Of a stretch of 64,000 nucleotides of DNA, positions 49,601 to 63,966 are shown one piece after another; the stretch's first letter is position 1, and every line of letters begins with the position of its first letter. Source of the stretch: Pristiophorus japonicus (lineage: Eukaryota). Both the position numbers and the translations under genes were made by a program. The stretch covers positions 31,124,001 to 31,188,000 of the forward strand of contig NC_091996.1 of the NCBI RefSeq assembly GCF_044704955.1. The letters are read 5' to 3'. The notes below the pieces were generated by a model, which was not told the DNA's origin, did no database searches, and was given only the letters and a program-made list of their open reading frames with translations.

Positions 49601-52600
49601 GAGGAGCAATGGGGAAAGGACAAGGCAGGAATCTGGCTGAGGCAGAGAGTCCAATTTGCAAGTTGGCAGCAAGGAGAGTAATGGAAAAGAGAGCATTGGG
49701 GGAATGGGGGGGTGGGGGAAGGGCTGATGAATGTGATGAGGGGCATAGACTGGGTGAGGGAAGTAAAGCAATGCAGCACTTAGGCATGCAACAGGGTGTT
49801 AGCGCTCTAGCATCTTCACATTGCTTTCCAGTATTACAGCTGTACTTCGCCCTCCAGCCAAATCCCTCTCCTTAATCATAGCCTAAAACCTGCTGTAACC
49901 CTGGTCATGGCCCTTCCTGTATTCTCAAACCAAAAGCTAGCCTGAAACCTTTGCCAAATCATTCCGTGAATCTATCTCCCACCACTCCTGCAGCCTGAAA
50001 GTCACACCTGCCAGCGTAAAGCAAGCCTGTAACCTTCCCCAGATCCCTCCTCACCTGTGGCCCGTTGGCTTTTATTCTTGCAGCATTCCTACCCTCACCA
50101 GTGCCACACACTTGCCGTCTAAAAATGCATCCTGGTTACCTTCCCTGCAGAGCCAGCATCCCGTACCGGGTCATCAAAAATGCTGTGCCCCTCCAGTGGC
50201 ATCCATCACATCATACCCCCCAAAAAAGAAGCGGAAAATGACAAATGGCAAGAGTAAACACGGATGTGCAAAAGAGAAAAGAGAGTGAAGTAGAACATGA
50301 GACAGACACAGCAAAAAAAAAATGACATGCAGGTAAAAGAATAAATGTATACTCTGATGGGAAATCCACGAGCATATTAGATTAAAAGTTTTATATATAA
50401 TGTGTAGTTCATGTGTTTAAAGCGATGCCACATCGTGCTATTTCTCTCATCCCTGGGGAGTTGGTTTTAAACTGCAGAGTATGTATACTTACTATTATAC
50501 TTCTTTCAGTCCACCCAATGCTAGATGGAACTGGGATGCTCAGGCAATCCAACTACTTGCTCCATAAACTTGGCCCAGTTCCCTCCTGCTTCGAATGCTG
50601 ACAGTTGTTTGTTCTTGCCCCTCTCCTCCCCACACCTGTCTTGTCCTCCCCTCTTCCCCACATCGCCTCTGCTCAGAGGCTGTCCTTACTGATGCCTTAC
50701 TGATGCCTTCCTGTGTTTTATTCTTGCCTCAGCACCCTGGCTTTGAATATATTTACTGACTTAAAAAGGTGAGACAGCAGTGGTGGAAATCTTTGGGGTG
50801 AGGGAGTTAGGAGAAGGATGAGGGAAGTGGGATTAAGGGGGAAGAACAAGGTGAGGAGATAGGATGAGGATCTGTGAGCAGATGATAGTCAGGTATTTGG
50901 GATGTGGGAGGTTATGGGTAAGGGAGTGGGTGCAACACGTGAGGATGGAGTGAATGGTGATAGAACACAGGGTGGGGCTGCAGGAGGCAGTGTCGTGGTA
51001 AGGGGGCTGGAATGTTGGCCTTTTCATAGTGCCTTCCACTGTGACCCGTGTATGTGTGCGGATGTTCACTTTCTTAGACTTGTTGATTCAGATATTGAAG
51101 CAACAGTTTGGTATCTGCTGCATAACTGCTATAATCAAAACATTGTTTGTGCGATGAGGTGTAATACAAATGCGACTATTTTTACATAAAAGGACATTTA
51201 TTTGGTCATTTTGTTCAAAAAACAATGACTTTTTTAGAATTTTTTTTACAGTTCTGGTAGACTGAGACTCATTTACAGGATGCCGTTTTTGGATTCAAAC
51301 TGGTGCCAATTTTCTGCCAAATCTGTTTTATTTTGGTGAATTTCTGGGCTAGAAACTCATTGCTATAGCCATGGTTCAGTTCATGTGTTGTACTGCATTA
51401 AATGCTATGTAAACTTTTCTCAACTGTCTGCCCCCATGTGCCTCAAAACTGCATATTTGTGTTGTGGCATGCTGTGCATGTACGACATGATGTAAATCTT
51501 ATTCCGTGGCCTTTAACATTCTTGCATACAGGCTGCACGACATGATCTTCGTTATTGGAGCTGCTGGGCTGTAACTTCAGCATGACCAGGTCAGCCTCTG
51601 ATTCCTCTGTCATCTGTACCTGGAGCAAATTAGGGATCGCTGAAAACCAGGCTCATCAGCGTAATGCATTGTAAATTTCCGATGACCTATTACATATGTG
51701 TATTTTATATTTAAAAAGAGAGCCCATTATGATCTTCATCTTTATATGTAACTTAGATTTAAATATATTTGGGTAACAGGCTATAAAGCTTTTATTCTGT
51801 AGCGAAGTGAGCTGCTTTTTGTTCAAGTTGGAGAGAGCTCTAACCATTTTTCCAGACCATACATAGTCTGCTCCTGATGAGTCATTTTTGGACTAGAAAA
51901 ATTGAACTATCTAAAAATGTGAATCAAGCAATGTCATTAATACAATAATGTGGGAATTTGGTGCTTAAAAATTGAATTTCGGATCATTTGAATGAAGAGT
52001 AGACTGTATATACTGTAGTTTGATGGACATATATGATTTGGATCCTCTTGTATCTAATAAATTCATGCTGGCATCTTCTGTACCTTTTTGGTCCTCTTTG
52101 TTCATAAGTTAACAAGTGGTTTTTAATGCTGCAATTTCTACTTTGATAAAATAAAGGCTTTCTGTCCCCAAAGGGTGGCGTGAAAGTGGACCTGTTTTGA
52201 AAAGGTAGTCTCTCATAATCTTTTACAGAATGAACCTATTTTACTTTTTTAATGTTTTGTTGGTTTATCTTTCAGAAAAGCTTGACATCTTCATCAAGTT
52301 CACAGTGGGCTGGCTTTGTTTGTTTTCGCTTGAATGCTTGATAAGATTTTTGCCCATTGTTTCCTGCCACAAGAACAAGACTTGTCATGGCAGGGGCGGG
52401 TTTTTGTGAAACCACAATATGGCCATTGTCTGGCAGTGAATAATTGTGGCTGCTTTCTGTATAACCAGCTCTCAGGCTTTGACTGCGGACCGATTCCTTT
52501 TTTCCTGCATGAAAAGGGTCTAATCCATGTAAATACGGCCTACAAAATAAAGCTTTACAGAAAGGAAAAAGTCTGCCAAGTAGGAGGTTGGAGGTCAGCA

Positions 52601-53313
52601 ATTTAACCTTTAACCTAACAAATAAGAAGCATGAAAGTTCTAGAATTAGTTTACAAAGGCAAGCTCCTGTGATCTGTCAGATTTTCTTTTCACCAAAGAA
52701 AAAGTGAGGCAGATTGACTGACACTGCGGCTTGTGACTTTGGATGCAAAAAAAATGAGAGTATGGGGAACTGCAGGGCCAGTTATCATTTATTGCCTGTG
52801 CTTGGATTTCAATTCAAATATTTTACAGCCAGAATAGACTTTTTGTCAAAAATTTATTTTACTGGACTAAGTTTTTATGTTTGGAATAATTCAGATAATA
52901 CTTGTTTGACCCTTGGTTATAAAGATGTATTTTGTTGTTCACAGCTGTGTGTGGGAGACATAAGAAATTAAGCGCCTCTACTTCACACAGGAGTGCAAGA
53001 ACCAATGCCTCTGGTGCAGATAATGCTTCTGCAACTTTATCCTTTTTCAGGTTCTATATTGAGGCACTTTTATTGTTTCAAAAAATGTTTTATATCAAGC
53101 GAATCTAATTGAATCTTACACTTTAGCATCGTACTTTTGGTAGTATTCAACAAGATTTGATTATTCAGCTGTGCCGATACTGATGTATAGCGTTCTATTC
53201 CGTGATACAGTTGAGTTTATTCTTCTGATACTGATTTCTTCTAATTTGCAGTACAGTTCTAATTCTGTTGGACCATGAAAAATGTAGTGGTTTCCCATAA
53301 TTCAATATATACT

Positions 53314-54026
53314 GGCCCAGAAATCCCGGTCAGCTGCTTCCCGCGCACAATCGGGTAAAAAAAAAGGTGTACACCTACCTGTTCCTGCTGCTCCCACGCG
53401 AGTTCCCGGTCCTGAGGCCTCCACTGACTGCGCGTCGCAGCGCGTGTACGTCAGGCCGTGCACAGGGCTGGAGCTGTAGTCTCATGTCTCTGGGCAGCCA
53501 ATCCAGGTAAAGTATGTTCTCATTCATCATAATGGGAACTCCGTAACTTGGAGTTCCCATTATTATGAATGAGAAACCTCTCCCAAACACACACATCTCT
53601 AATAAAAAAAATAGAAAAAATACACTACATTTTTATTAATTTAAATTAGTTATTTATGTATTATTAAAAAATATATTTTTCCGATTTAAAAAAGAAAAGT
53701 TAAAAAAAATTATGGTTTAAAATAAACTTACCGTAGTGGGGAGGGTTTTTAACAATGTTTTGAAAATTTTATTTTATAATGTTTTTGTGTATTTTGAAAC
53801 TCTTGCACCTGTAAACATAGGCTATGTGCCTGCTTTTATCAGGTGCAAGAGTTTTCAGGACATCCGCTGGGCAAGAGATGGGTAAATCCCGCAATCTTGC
53901 CCTTGCAAATGTCCTCGCTCCCGAGATATGGAGGATCGGAAAGGCATGTGCATTGTGTGCTGAAAACTGGCTTTTGCGATGCCTTCCCAGATCCATAAGG
54001 ACCCGGGAGGCCGAAATTTCTGGGCC
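53314..54026. mobile_element. Harbinger-type MITE
   Basis: Perfect 11-bp TIR GGCCCAGAAAT; flanks ACT/AAT; related to 25464-26107. Confidence 0.82.
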
Positions 54027-55090
54027 AATATTTGTGGAGCATATATATTAAATACGTATCTCAAACACTCTTTCATACTACATCTTGTGAGCAGTTCTGC
54101 CCTCCTATTTTTGAGGGTTGAGTAAGGGCTGTTAATTTCTTCAGAATATTCCACAAATTGTGGTTTTCTTACCCAAGTGTTAAGCAAACAATTGGGTCCC
54201 CTGTTTGTTGTTTGGAGCATAGTGGGTGCCTTCCCAACCAAATTCGAAGGTCTTGGGTTTGCAATTTTGCAAATGCTGATCTCTGATCTTGCCCAAAGAA
54301 CAACCGGAATAAAGCTGCTTTTCTATTACTGTAATGCAGTGTTTGTGTTGTTGGCTTCAGATGCATAGGTCTTGTGTTACTGCTGGCAACCTCAAAGTAA
54401 ACTTGCTGAGATTTGCTAAGGCTGTTTGCTGGACAGGCCTTTGTTTATCTGGGGTTTTGCTTTGCTTCATCAGGAGTCGGTGCAGTAATGTGGCAAGAAA
54501 GCAGTATAAACGTTGCTTGAGTAGCAAACAACTGCCTATTAACCCTTGAACTTGTATTCTTCATTAAGCTGTATTCCAAATTGCTGCTCCAGCATTCTGT
54601 GCCATTGGATTGCTTTCTCAAGTTGCATTTAACCCCTTCGCCTCTTTGTATACTTGATGTTGGCAGCTTACTCTGGGGAAATAGAATTGAGGCTACTTTG
54701 CTATTCATTGTGTTTAAGAACATTACAGTGGGCCACTGCACTCTGTGCTGTTGCAGATTTTCAGTTCCTCTGTAACTTCAGATCTGATAGAGAAAATCTC
54801 CCACTTTGGATATGGAATTCCAAGAGTGATGCACTAATTTAAATAGGTAATGTGAACAATGCATTGTAATAGGACGTTCAATGAGATGCATTTTGCAGCT
54901 TCATTTGGGAGTATTGTGCATTAGTGGCTGGAGACAATATTACTAGGAGCAAAGGAATTATTTAGCTTTTATAAAGAAACTCTTCTTGACATTTAAATTA
55001 TGAGTGTTGTAAGCTTTTAAAGGTAAAATTGTAAGTTTGGTTTAAATATTTAATTTTTTATTGCACCTGAACATGTTCATGTTCTATTGT

Positions 55091-55240
55091 AGGTTGTGGG
55101 TTCAAGTCCCACTCCAGAGACTTGAGCACATAATCTAGGCTGATACTGCAGTGTAGTATTGAGGAAGTGCTGCAATGTCAGAGGTACCGTTCTTCGGATG
55201 AGACGTTAAGTCTACTCTCTCAGATGGAAGACGTAAAGGG
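55091..55240 (+). mobile_element. Deu-type SINE fragment
   Basis: Matches 11392-11550. Confidence 0.65.
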
Positions 55241-56062
55241 CTAGAAATTCGCTGATTTTGTGACCAGGCTTTCGGCGATATTTCACCATATTTGGTGCAT
55301 GCACACAAGACAAAAGATAGAGAAAGGCAGCATAAAGGGTGTTGAACTGGAGAGATCATTAACGTTAATGACCAACTCTTTGTTGATAGAATGTTGGTCT
55401 GACATCAAATTGTTAAGGAGCTGGGAATTACTCAAATTAAACATTAGAAAGAGCAAAGCCAAGGGAACATAGGAATTGCTAGATGAAAAAAAGACTAAGG
55501 TCCATCGAGTTGAACTAATTATGGCAATAGATTTCTATCAGTTTGTCTACAACAGACCTATACATGAGGTGAAGAAAATCTCTGGTGATGGGAAGCTTTG
55601 GAAGGGTCTAAAACCCCCTGTTCCTCCCAAGCATGCTACATTTACCATATCTTGTGTCACAAATTACACGTATCCCATTCCTAAAATATTATTTTCTGAA
55701 AGAAATCTATCTGATTTGCATTTTAATTGATCAACTTATAGCTGCTGTTACTACAACTGATCGCCTACTCTACCAGTGTTTTCAGCCTTCTGTGTCTTGT
55801 GCATAATGCCATGCTATACAGAAGCCTAAGTTGAGCTTTTTACGAGCCTGCGTGACTAACTCGGTCCAAGTGTACCCATCCAATCATAGTTGGCCTCGAG
55901 GTCTATTCCAATCTGGAGGGATCCTTAATTGGGATGCTTGTAGTGCTCTCTTCTGACCGGGCAAATGCAGTTGTTGGAGATTGAAGGTTTTGTAGACAAT
56001 GGGTTATGCTGAGTCTTCTGATCTCTGCATTCTTGGTATGGTTGTACCAGTGAGCTCCAAGT

Positions 56063-56420
56063 CATCATCATCATAGGCAGTCCTTCAGAATCGAAATCAC
56101 TCTTGAAGTGAGTTCTTTGGTGGCTGAACAGTCCAATACGAGAGCTGCAGACTCTGTCACAGGTGGGACAGATAGTCGTTGAGGGAAGGGGAGGGTGGGA
56201 CTGGTTTGCCACACGCTCTTTCCGCTGCCTGCGCTTGATTTCTGCATGCTCTCGGCATTGAGGCTCGAGGTGCTCAGCGCCCTCCAGGATGCACTTCCTC
56301 CACTTAGGGCGGTCTTTGGTCAGTGACTCCCAAGTATCAGTGGGGATGTTGCACTTTATAAGGGAGGCTTTGAGGGTGTCCTTGTAACGTTTCCGCTGCC
56401 CACCTTTGGCTCATTTGCCG
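56063..56420 (-). mobile_element. RTE 3' fragment with 7-bp TSD
   Basis: Reverse-complement RTE tail; TCCAAGT at 56056-56062 and 56421-56427. Confidence 0.88.
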
Positions 56421-56759
56421 TCCAAGTATCTGGCAGAGGCATCACTGGCCAAAGGTTTCCAGTTTTGATTGGTCACACTGTGTGGCCCATATGTCTGTTC
56501 CCTATGTCAAGACAGTTGTACAATCTAGGCTTGGTTGTTAGTTGGATTCTTGACTTTCACACGTTCTTGTCAAGGAATTGCTTCACACCCCTGCCGATTG
56601 CTGACATATCTCTTCTCAAGGCACCTGAGCTGTGAATCGAACTCCTAAGGTAGTTGAACTTGTCAGCTATCCCTAGGGTTTTGTTGCTCACAGTTGGAGA
56701 GCGAAAGAGTTGGACCTATTTAACCAGAACAGATTAAACCAGTTCTGTTCATTCCTGAG

Positions 56760-57335
56760 CTATGCTTCAAGCCACACATCCTATCCACCAAGGTCGCATC
56801 GCCTGCTTGCAGCCTCATGTTCCAGCCACTGTCACTGAAACTTGGCTTCGGCATTGTTGTCCTCACCATCTTCCCAAGCTCCATCCAACACCGACTGCAA
56901 CTCATCCAAAACTTCACTGACTACAACATATCCCACACAAAGTCCCATTTGCTCATCCACCCCATCTTCATCCTTTTCCACCATGTTTCCTAATGCATTA
57001 AATTTAGAATCCTTATCCTCATTTGCAAATCCCTCCATGACCTTATTCTACCATGCTTCTTTAACCTACTGATCTGTGCTCTTCATTTCCAGGTCTGTGG
57101 CCTCTTATCTTCCATCCATGCCACCATTAGTGGCAGAGTTTGCAGTCTTCTTATCCCAACTGTTGGGAACTTAAACCCCTCTGCCTTGCTACTACCTCCT
57201 GCACCTTTAAAAAGTATCCTCAAAACCAGTCTTTTTGACTATGCTCTTGATCATCCCTTCGAATACTTCAGCTGCTGGGCATCCGATTGTCGTTTGTGAA
57301 TTACTTTAATGTGCTCTATAAATACAAGATATTGT
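56760..57335 (+). mobile_element. Old L2 fragment
   Basis: Diverged similarity to other L2 copies; tail CTATAAATACAAG. Confidence 0.5.
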
Positions 57336-58015
57336 TTTGTGGTGTATTTCTAGAATATGATGCCCAGGAAACTGGGGAGGAATCCCAATTGCATGGCGAT
57401 TAAGCTCATGTACCTCAAATGCTATACAGTTCTTGTATGAAGAGTTCCACTGAAGCAGAAACACACTTCTATCTCGGCTGCAGGTCATGCACAGCTTTAC
57501 TAATAAATAATAAGTGATAAATAATACTACCAGAAATACTATTTGCTACTGTTACTTTATGTACTTGGGTGTTGAGTGCTCAAGTCGAAGAGTGAATGTT
57601 CTGGCAGTGCAACATTTTTTCCAATTTACACCCAGTAACAGCATATCGCACTTCCTTGGTTACAGCACTGATTGCAGGCACGGTGGTATCCCTTTATCCT
57701 GATTGAGCTTAAACTCCAACCTAAGAACACCCATGCCATACTTCTGAAGCAATTCCACTTCTTAACACTGTCTTCTAGCCCCTGTCAGGTGCTGAATTAA
57801 TGGCAATTCTGTGAAACTGTCGGGCAAGTTTATATTGACTTCAGTCCACTCGAATCTGGATTTAAATTTCCCAAACTCTTGCATTTAAGCAACCAGCAAA
57901 GAAAAGAGATTTTTATTTTCATGTGTACAGGATAGAAATGCGGGTCCAAGAAGCGAAAGAGGTGACTCCTCGCCCGCTATGCAAAATAGTCTCCATTTAG
58001 TTTAACTGTTGTAAG

Positions 58016-59270
58016 TCCACGACGACATGCAGGCCGTGATCCTTACCAACGGATCCATCACAGACCCAATCCACATCCGAACTGGGGTCAAACACGGCTG
58101 CGCCATCACCCCCAACCCTCTTGTCAATCTTTTTTGCCGCCATGCTCCATCTCACAGTAAACAAGCTCCCCGCGGGAGTGGAACTAAACTGCAGAACCAG
58201 TGGGACCTGTTCAATCTGTGCCGTCTCCAGGCCAGGTCCAAGACCCCCTACCTCTGTCATCGAGCTACAGTACGCGGACGATGCCTGCGTCTGTGCACAT
58301 ACAGAGGCTGAACTCCATGACATAGTCGACGTATTTACTGAGGCGTACGAAAGCATGGGCCTTACGCTAAACATCTGAGACAAAGGTCCTCCACCAGCCT
58401 GTCCTCGCAGCACAGCACTGCTCCCCAGTCATCAAGATCCACGGCGCGGCCCTGGACACCGTGGACCACTTCCCATAGCTCGGGAGCCTCCTATCAACAA
58501 GAGCAGGCATCGACGATGAGTTCCAACACCGCCTCCAGTGCACCAGTGCAGCCTTCGGCCGCCTGAGGAAAAGAGTGTTTGAAGACCAGGCCCTCAAAAC
58601 TGCCACCAAGCTCATGATCTACTGGGCTGTAGTAATACCCGCCCTCCTGTATGGCTCAGAGACATGGACCATGTACAGCAGACACCTCAAGTCACTGGAG
58701 AAATACTACCAATGATGTCTCCGCAAGATCCTAAAAATCCCCTGGGAGGACAGGTGCACCAACATCAGCGTCCTCGTCCAGGCCAACATCCCTAGCATTG
58801 AAGTACTGACCAAACTCGATCAGCTCTGCTGGACCGCTCCACATAGTTCGCATGCCAGACATGAGACTCCCAAAGCAAGTGCTCTATGCAGAGCTCTTTC
58901 ATGGCAAACGAGCCAAAGGTGGGTAGCGGAAACGTTACAAGGACACCCTCAAAGCCTCCCTGATAAAGTGCGATATCCCCACTGACACCTGGGAGTCCCT
59001 GGCCAAAGACCGCCCTAAGTGGAGAAAGTACATCCGGGAGGGCGCTGAGCACCTCGAGTCTCAACGCTGAGAGCATGCAGAAATCAAGCGCAGGCAGCGG
59101 AAAGAGCGTGCGGCAAACCAGTCCCACCCACCCCTTCCCTCAACGACTATCTGTCCCACCTGTGATAGAATCTGTGACTCTCGTATTGGACTGTTCAGCC
59201 ACCAAAGAACTCACTTCAGGAGTGGAAGCAAGTCTTCCTCGATTCCGAGGGACTGCCTATGATGATGATG
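58016..59270 (+). mobile_element. RTE LINE, 5'-truncated, with RT core
   Basis: TGVKHGC, ELQYADDACV (YADD), GLTLNI; frameshifts and stops; (GAT)n tail. Confidence 0.92.
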
Positions 59271-59654
59271 TGTGTTTAAGGATGTCATAATAGCATTTCT
59301 TCATTCTCAAAGCGTTATCCGTATTACCGAGGTATCATTTCTGTTTTTATAGTTCCGTTGATAAAGTTAAAAAGACTTTGATACTATGTGGTGTCTTTAA
59401 CCTGTCCTGTTGGTTTATCCCAATTGTTATAGTTTAAATATTGCCCACAATTTGGAAGAACACGTACCATTATCATGGGGATTCCAGATCATGAGATGAC
59501 CCTAATTACAATATACAATCTACATCAAGAAAATTGGAAAGAAACCTATTTTATGTAGACAAAAGATTATATTTCCAGGAAAAAGTGGAAGGAGAAGTGC
59601 TATTCCTCAGTTCTACAGAAACTTTAAATATTGTTTTAAAAATGTTTTTGGACC

Positions 59655-60075
59655 CAGTCACCAACTCTCTTTCCTAGCCACTGTCTCCATCCCTCTCCCT
59701 AACATCTCTCTGAGGCTAAACCACACTGTTCGCAATCTTGGTGTCGTATTTGACCCTGAAATGTGCTTCTGACCACACATCCACAGCATAACTAAGACCG
59801 CCTAGTTCCATCTCCTGTAACATCGCCCGTCTCTGCCTTTGCCTCAGCTCATCAGCTGCTGAAACCATCCATGCCTTTATTACCTCTAGACTTGACTATT
59901 CCAATGCACTCCGACCGGGCTGGCCTCCTTTGACCTGCCTCTTTGACCAAGCTTTTGCTTACCTGCCCTACTTATGTGGCTTGGAGCCAGTTTTTTTGTC
60001 TTATAATACTACTGTGAAGGCCCCTTGAGAAGTTTTACTATGTTAAAGGCGCTGTTCAAGTTGTTGTCGTTGTTA
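59655..60075 (+). mobile_element. L2 fragment
   Basis: RNLGVVFD, SRLDYSNAL-like segments; L2 tail. Confidence 0.65.
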
Positions 60076-61077
60076 TAATCATCACTTTTTTAATATTGAG
60101 ACCTGAGAGAACTCTATTGAGTTGCTGTGCCGATCAGTGCATCACTGTATTTGCAGCAGTATTATATAATTGTCATCTTGGTGATTGATTTGGAAACTTG
60201 CTTCAGTTAAATGTCGTATCCTATAAAATACAGCTAATTTTTCAACACTTATGACATTTTGTATTACAGTTTTTGCCTCCATCCATTTATTTTTTGTCTT
60301 CCTGGGTCACGTAGCATCTAGTGACTAAGAGCATGGCAGACTATATGCTCTGAAGGACAGCTGCTAAGCTGACTACACGAAAGTATGTGAATATAGTATG
60401 GGGATACTGCCTTCCGGCATTCTGTCTTTCTCTATAGAGAAAGCGTCCGAGTCTGTGGGGAATTGTCGACATGAACATGTTTCCTGTACTCTTGACAGTT
60501 TTAGTGTACAGAAGTCCTATTGTAATGTCACTTCATCTTGCAACACATGTTACACATTTGGATCTGTCCTGCATACATTCTTGGGTTCAGTGGCATCAAT
60601 TGGTCCTGTAAGTGGTCTGATGTCTGTCTTATATGGGAATGGACTCACGCTGTCCTTGATCTACTTGTACAATAGTGTACACCAGGGTAATAATAGCATC
60701 CTCTTGTTTTCTGGACTAGTTACTTGTCTCGCTTGTGCTTCTTCAATCTATGTGAAGGCAGATCAAGCAAACACTGATGAGATGTGAACAGCAAGTGAAC
60801 ATACAGAGCAACAGTTCACTTAGTTCAATGACAACAACTTGTCTTTGCATAATAATACAAAAATAATGAACATGCTGTGCTTTCACACATCAGTGGGTCG
60901 TCTTGCTTGACTTAAACTAATTTCTATCTTCCCCTTCCAGTGTATCCTCTCAGCCTTTTTCTGGGCTTCTCCTTTGGGGCTTTCTGTTTTAAAATCCCTG
61001 ACTGCGCACCAGCTTCTTTTAAAAGTTTGCCTGCCTGTATCTGTGTGTCTCTCTGTGTGCTGACTCTCTTGCTGTTT

Positions 61078-61680
61078 GTGGCGGGATGGCAAAACAATGG
61101 CTTCGGTCTTCCCAATGTATAATTGAAGGAATTTTAGTCTCATCCAAAACTGGCTGTCAGCAGACATGTGGAACCCGACGTTATTTTTTTGGATGATGCT
61201 GAGCGGTAGAATATAGATGAGAAATAGGAGGGGGGGGTCAAGGATAGAATATTGGGGGACACCAGAGGCAACAGTGCGGGGTGGGAAGGGAAGCCATTGC
61301 AGGAGATTCTGTGGCTACGAATGGATAGGAAGAGTGGAACCGGTCGAGACAGTCCCACTCAGCTGGACAATGGAGGAGAGACATTGGAGGAGGATGGTGT
61401 GATCAAGCGTGTCAAAGGCTGCAGACAGGTCGAGAAGGATGAGGAGGGAGAGTGCACCATGGTAACATTCACAGAGGATGTCATTTATGACTTTGATTAG
61501 GACCGTTTCAGTGCTGTGGCAGGGGCGGGAACCAGATTGGAGAGGTTCAAACATGGAGTTACAGGAAAGGTGGGCACAAATTTGGGATGCAACAACATGT
61601 TCAAGAACGTTGAAGAAGAAAGGGAGGTTGGATATAGGATGGTAGTTTGCAAGGACCGAGGGGTCAAGGGTGGATTTCTT
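61078..61680 (-). mobile_element. L2 RT fragment
   Basis: QSGSRPCHSTETVLIKVINDIL..LLILLDLSAAFDTLDHTILL. Confidence 0.85.
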
Positions 61681-62131
61681 TTTTGAGATTTACATTTTTG
61701 GCATGTACCTGAACATGGTAGTTAGAGTACAGAATGAGGAGAGAGCCCCTTGCTTTTTACAATGCTTATCTACATGGAACCCAGAAAGAAGAGCCCTCAA
61801 TATGGACTACTGCTAGTCGCCTTGTTAAAATGTTTGCTGTAAAGTCTTAGTTGGACATTGGCGTTTGTAATCCAGAAGATTCAGCAGTTTCTTTTAAACA
61901 TTTTAACAAATGGTAAAAGTGAAGGGGAACTTTCCTCATTCTGTGCTCTAAACATATTACAAAAAATACAAGTGTGTGTGTGTATATAAATAGAAGTCTA
62001 TCCACATTTTAAAAACTGCAGAAATCATGGACTTCTTGTTGGGTATGGTTCCTCCGATACATCATCCGAGTGATCATTATTCATTTGTGAGTCTTGATCA
62101 TGAGTGTTGGCGCAGGGCATCACAACCAAGG

Positions 62132-63966
62132 GAACATTAAGACGGATTGCAAAAGTTTCTATAGATATGTAAAGAGAAAAAGGTTAGTAAAGACAAACGT
62201 AGGTCCCCTGCAGTCAGAATCAGGGGAAGTCATAACGGGGAACAAAGAAATGGCAGACCAATTGAACAAGTACTTTGGTTTGGTATTCACTAAGGAGGAC
62301 ACAAACAACCTTCCGGATATAAAAGGGGTCAGAGGGTCTAGTAAGGAGGAGGAACTGAGGGAAATCCTTATTAGTTGGGAAATTGTGTTGGGGAAATTGA
62401 TGGGATTGAAGGCCGATAAATCCCCAGGGCCTGATGGACTGCATCCCAGAGTACTTAAGGAGGTGGCCTTGGAAATAGTGGATGCATTGACAGTCATTTT
62501 CCAACATTCCATTGACTCTGGATCAGTTCCTATCGAGTGGAGGGTAGCCAATGTAACCCCACTTTTTAAAAAAGGAGGGAGAGAGAAAACATTAATTATA
62601 GATCGGTCAGCCTGACATCGGTAGTGGGTAAAATGATGGAATCAATTATTAAGGATGTCACAGCAGCGCATTTGGAAAGAGGTGACATGATAGGTCCAAG
62701 TCAGCATGGATTTGTGAAAGGGAAATCATGCTTGACAAATCTTCTGGAATTTTTTGAGGATGTTTCCAGTAGAGTGGACAAGGGAGAACCAGTTGATGTG
62801 GTATATTTGGACTTTCAGAAGGCTTTCGACAAGGTCCCACACACGAGATTAATGTGCAAAGTTAAAGCACATGGGATTGGAGGTAGTGTGCTGACGTGGA
62901 TTGAGAACTGGTTGTCAGACAGGAAGCAAAGAGTAGGAGTAAATGGGTACTTTTCAGAATGGCAGGCAGTGACTAGTGGGGTACCGCAAGGTTCTGTGCT
63001 GGGGCCCCAGCTGTTTACATTGTACATTAATGATTTAGACGAGGGGATTAAATGTAGTATCTCCAAATTTGCGGATGACACGAAGTTGGGTGGCAGTGTG
63101 AGCTGCGAGGAGGATGCTATGAGGCTGCAGAGCGACTTGGATAGGTTAGGTGAGTGGGCAAATGCATGGCAGATGAAGTATAATGTGGATAAATGTGAGG
63201 TTATCCACTTTGGTGGTAAAAACAGAGAGACAGACTATTATCTGAATGGTGACAGATTAGGAAAAGGGGAGGTGCAATGAGACCTGGGTGTCATGGTACA
63301 TCAGTCATTGAAGGTTGGCATGCAGGTACAGCAGGCGGTTAAGAAAGCAAATGGCATGTTGGCCTTCATAGCGAGGGGATTTGAGTACAGGGCCTTGGTG
63401 AGGCCACACCTGGAGTATTGTGTACAGTTTTGGTCTCCTAACTTGAGGAAGGACATTCTTGCTATTGAGGGAGTGCAGCGAAGGTTCACCAGACTGATTC
63501 CCGGGATGGCGGGACTGACCTATCAAGAAAGACTGGATCAACTGGGCTTGTATTCACTGGAGTTCAGAAGAATGAGAGGGGATCTCATAGAAACGTTTAA
63601 AATTCTGACGGGGTTAGACAGGTTAGATGCAGGAAGAATGTTCCCAATGTTGGAGAAGTCCAGAACCAGGAATCACAGTCTAAGGATAAGGGGTAAGCCA
63701 TTTAGGACCGAGATGAGGAGAAACTTCTTCATCCAGAGAGTGGTGAACCTGTGGAATTCTCTACCACAGAAAGTTGTTGAGGCCAATTCACTAAATATAT
63801 TCAAAAAGGAGTTAGATGTAGTCCTTACTACTAGGGGGATCAAGGGGTATGGCGAGAAAGCAGAAATGGGGTACTGAAGTTGCATGTTCAGCCATGAACT
63901 CATTGAATGGCGGTGCAGGCTAGAAGGGCCGAAAGGCCTACTCCTGCACCTATTTTCTATGTTTCT
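62132..63966 (+). mobile_element. CR1 LINE, 5'-truncated, near-complete RT domain, young copy
   Basis: KSPGPDGLHPRVLKE, QHGFVKGKSCLTNL, YLDFQKAFDKV, GVPQGSVLGP, FADDTK; one frameshift and one stop; AACCAAGG duplicated at 62124-62131 and 63967-63974. Confidence 0.95.

Noticed and set aside
51846-51905. Hammerhead-like string TTTTC-CAGAC..GTCTG-CTC-CTGATGA-GTC..GAC-TA-GAAAA
   Set aside because: Extra nucleotides between stem I and CUGAUGA and before GAAA, a 3-bp stem II and a weak stem III; does not fit the conserved core
60398-60787. 129-aa hydrophobic ORF
   Set aside because: No recognisable family, splice context or coding signal
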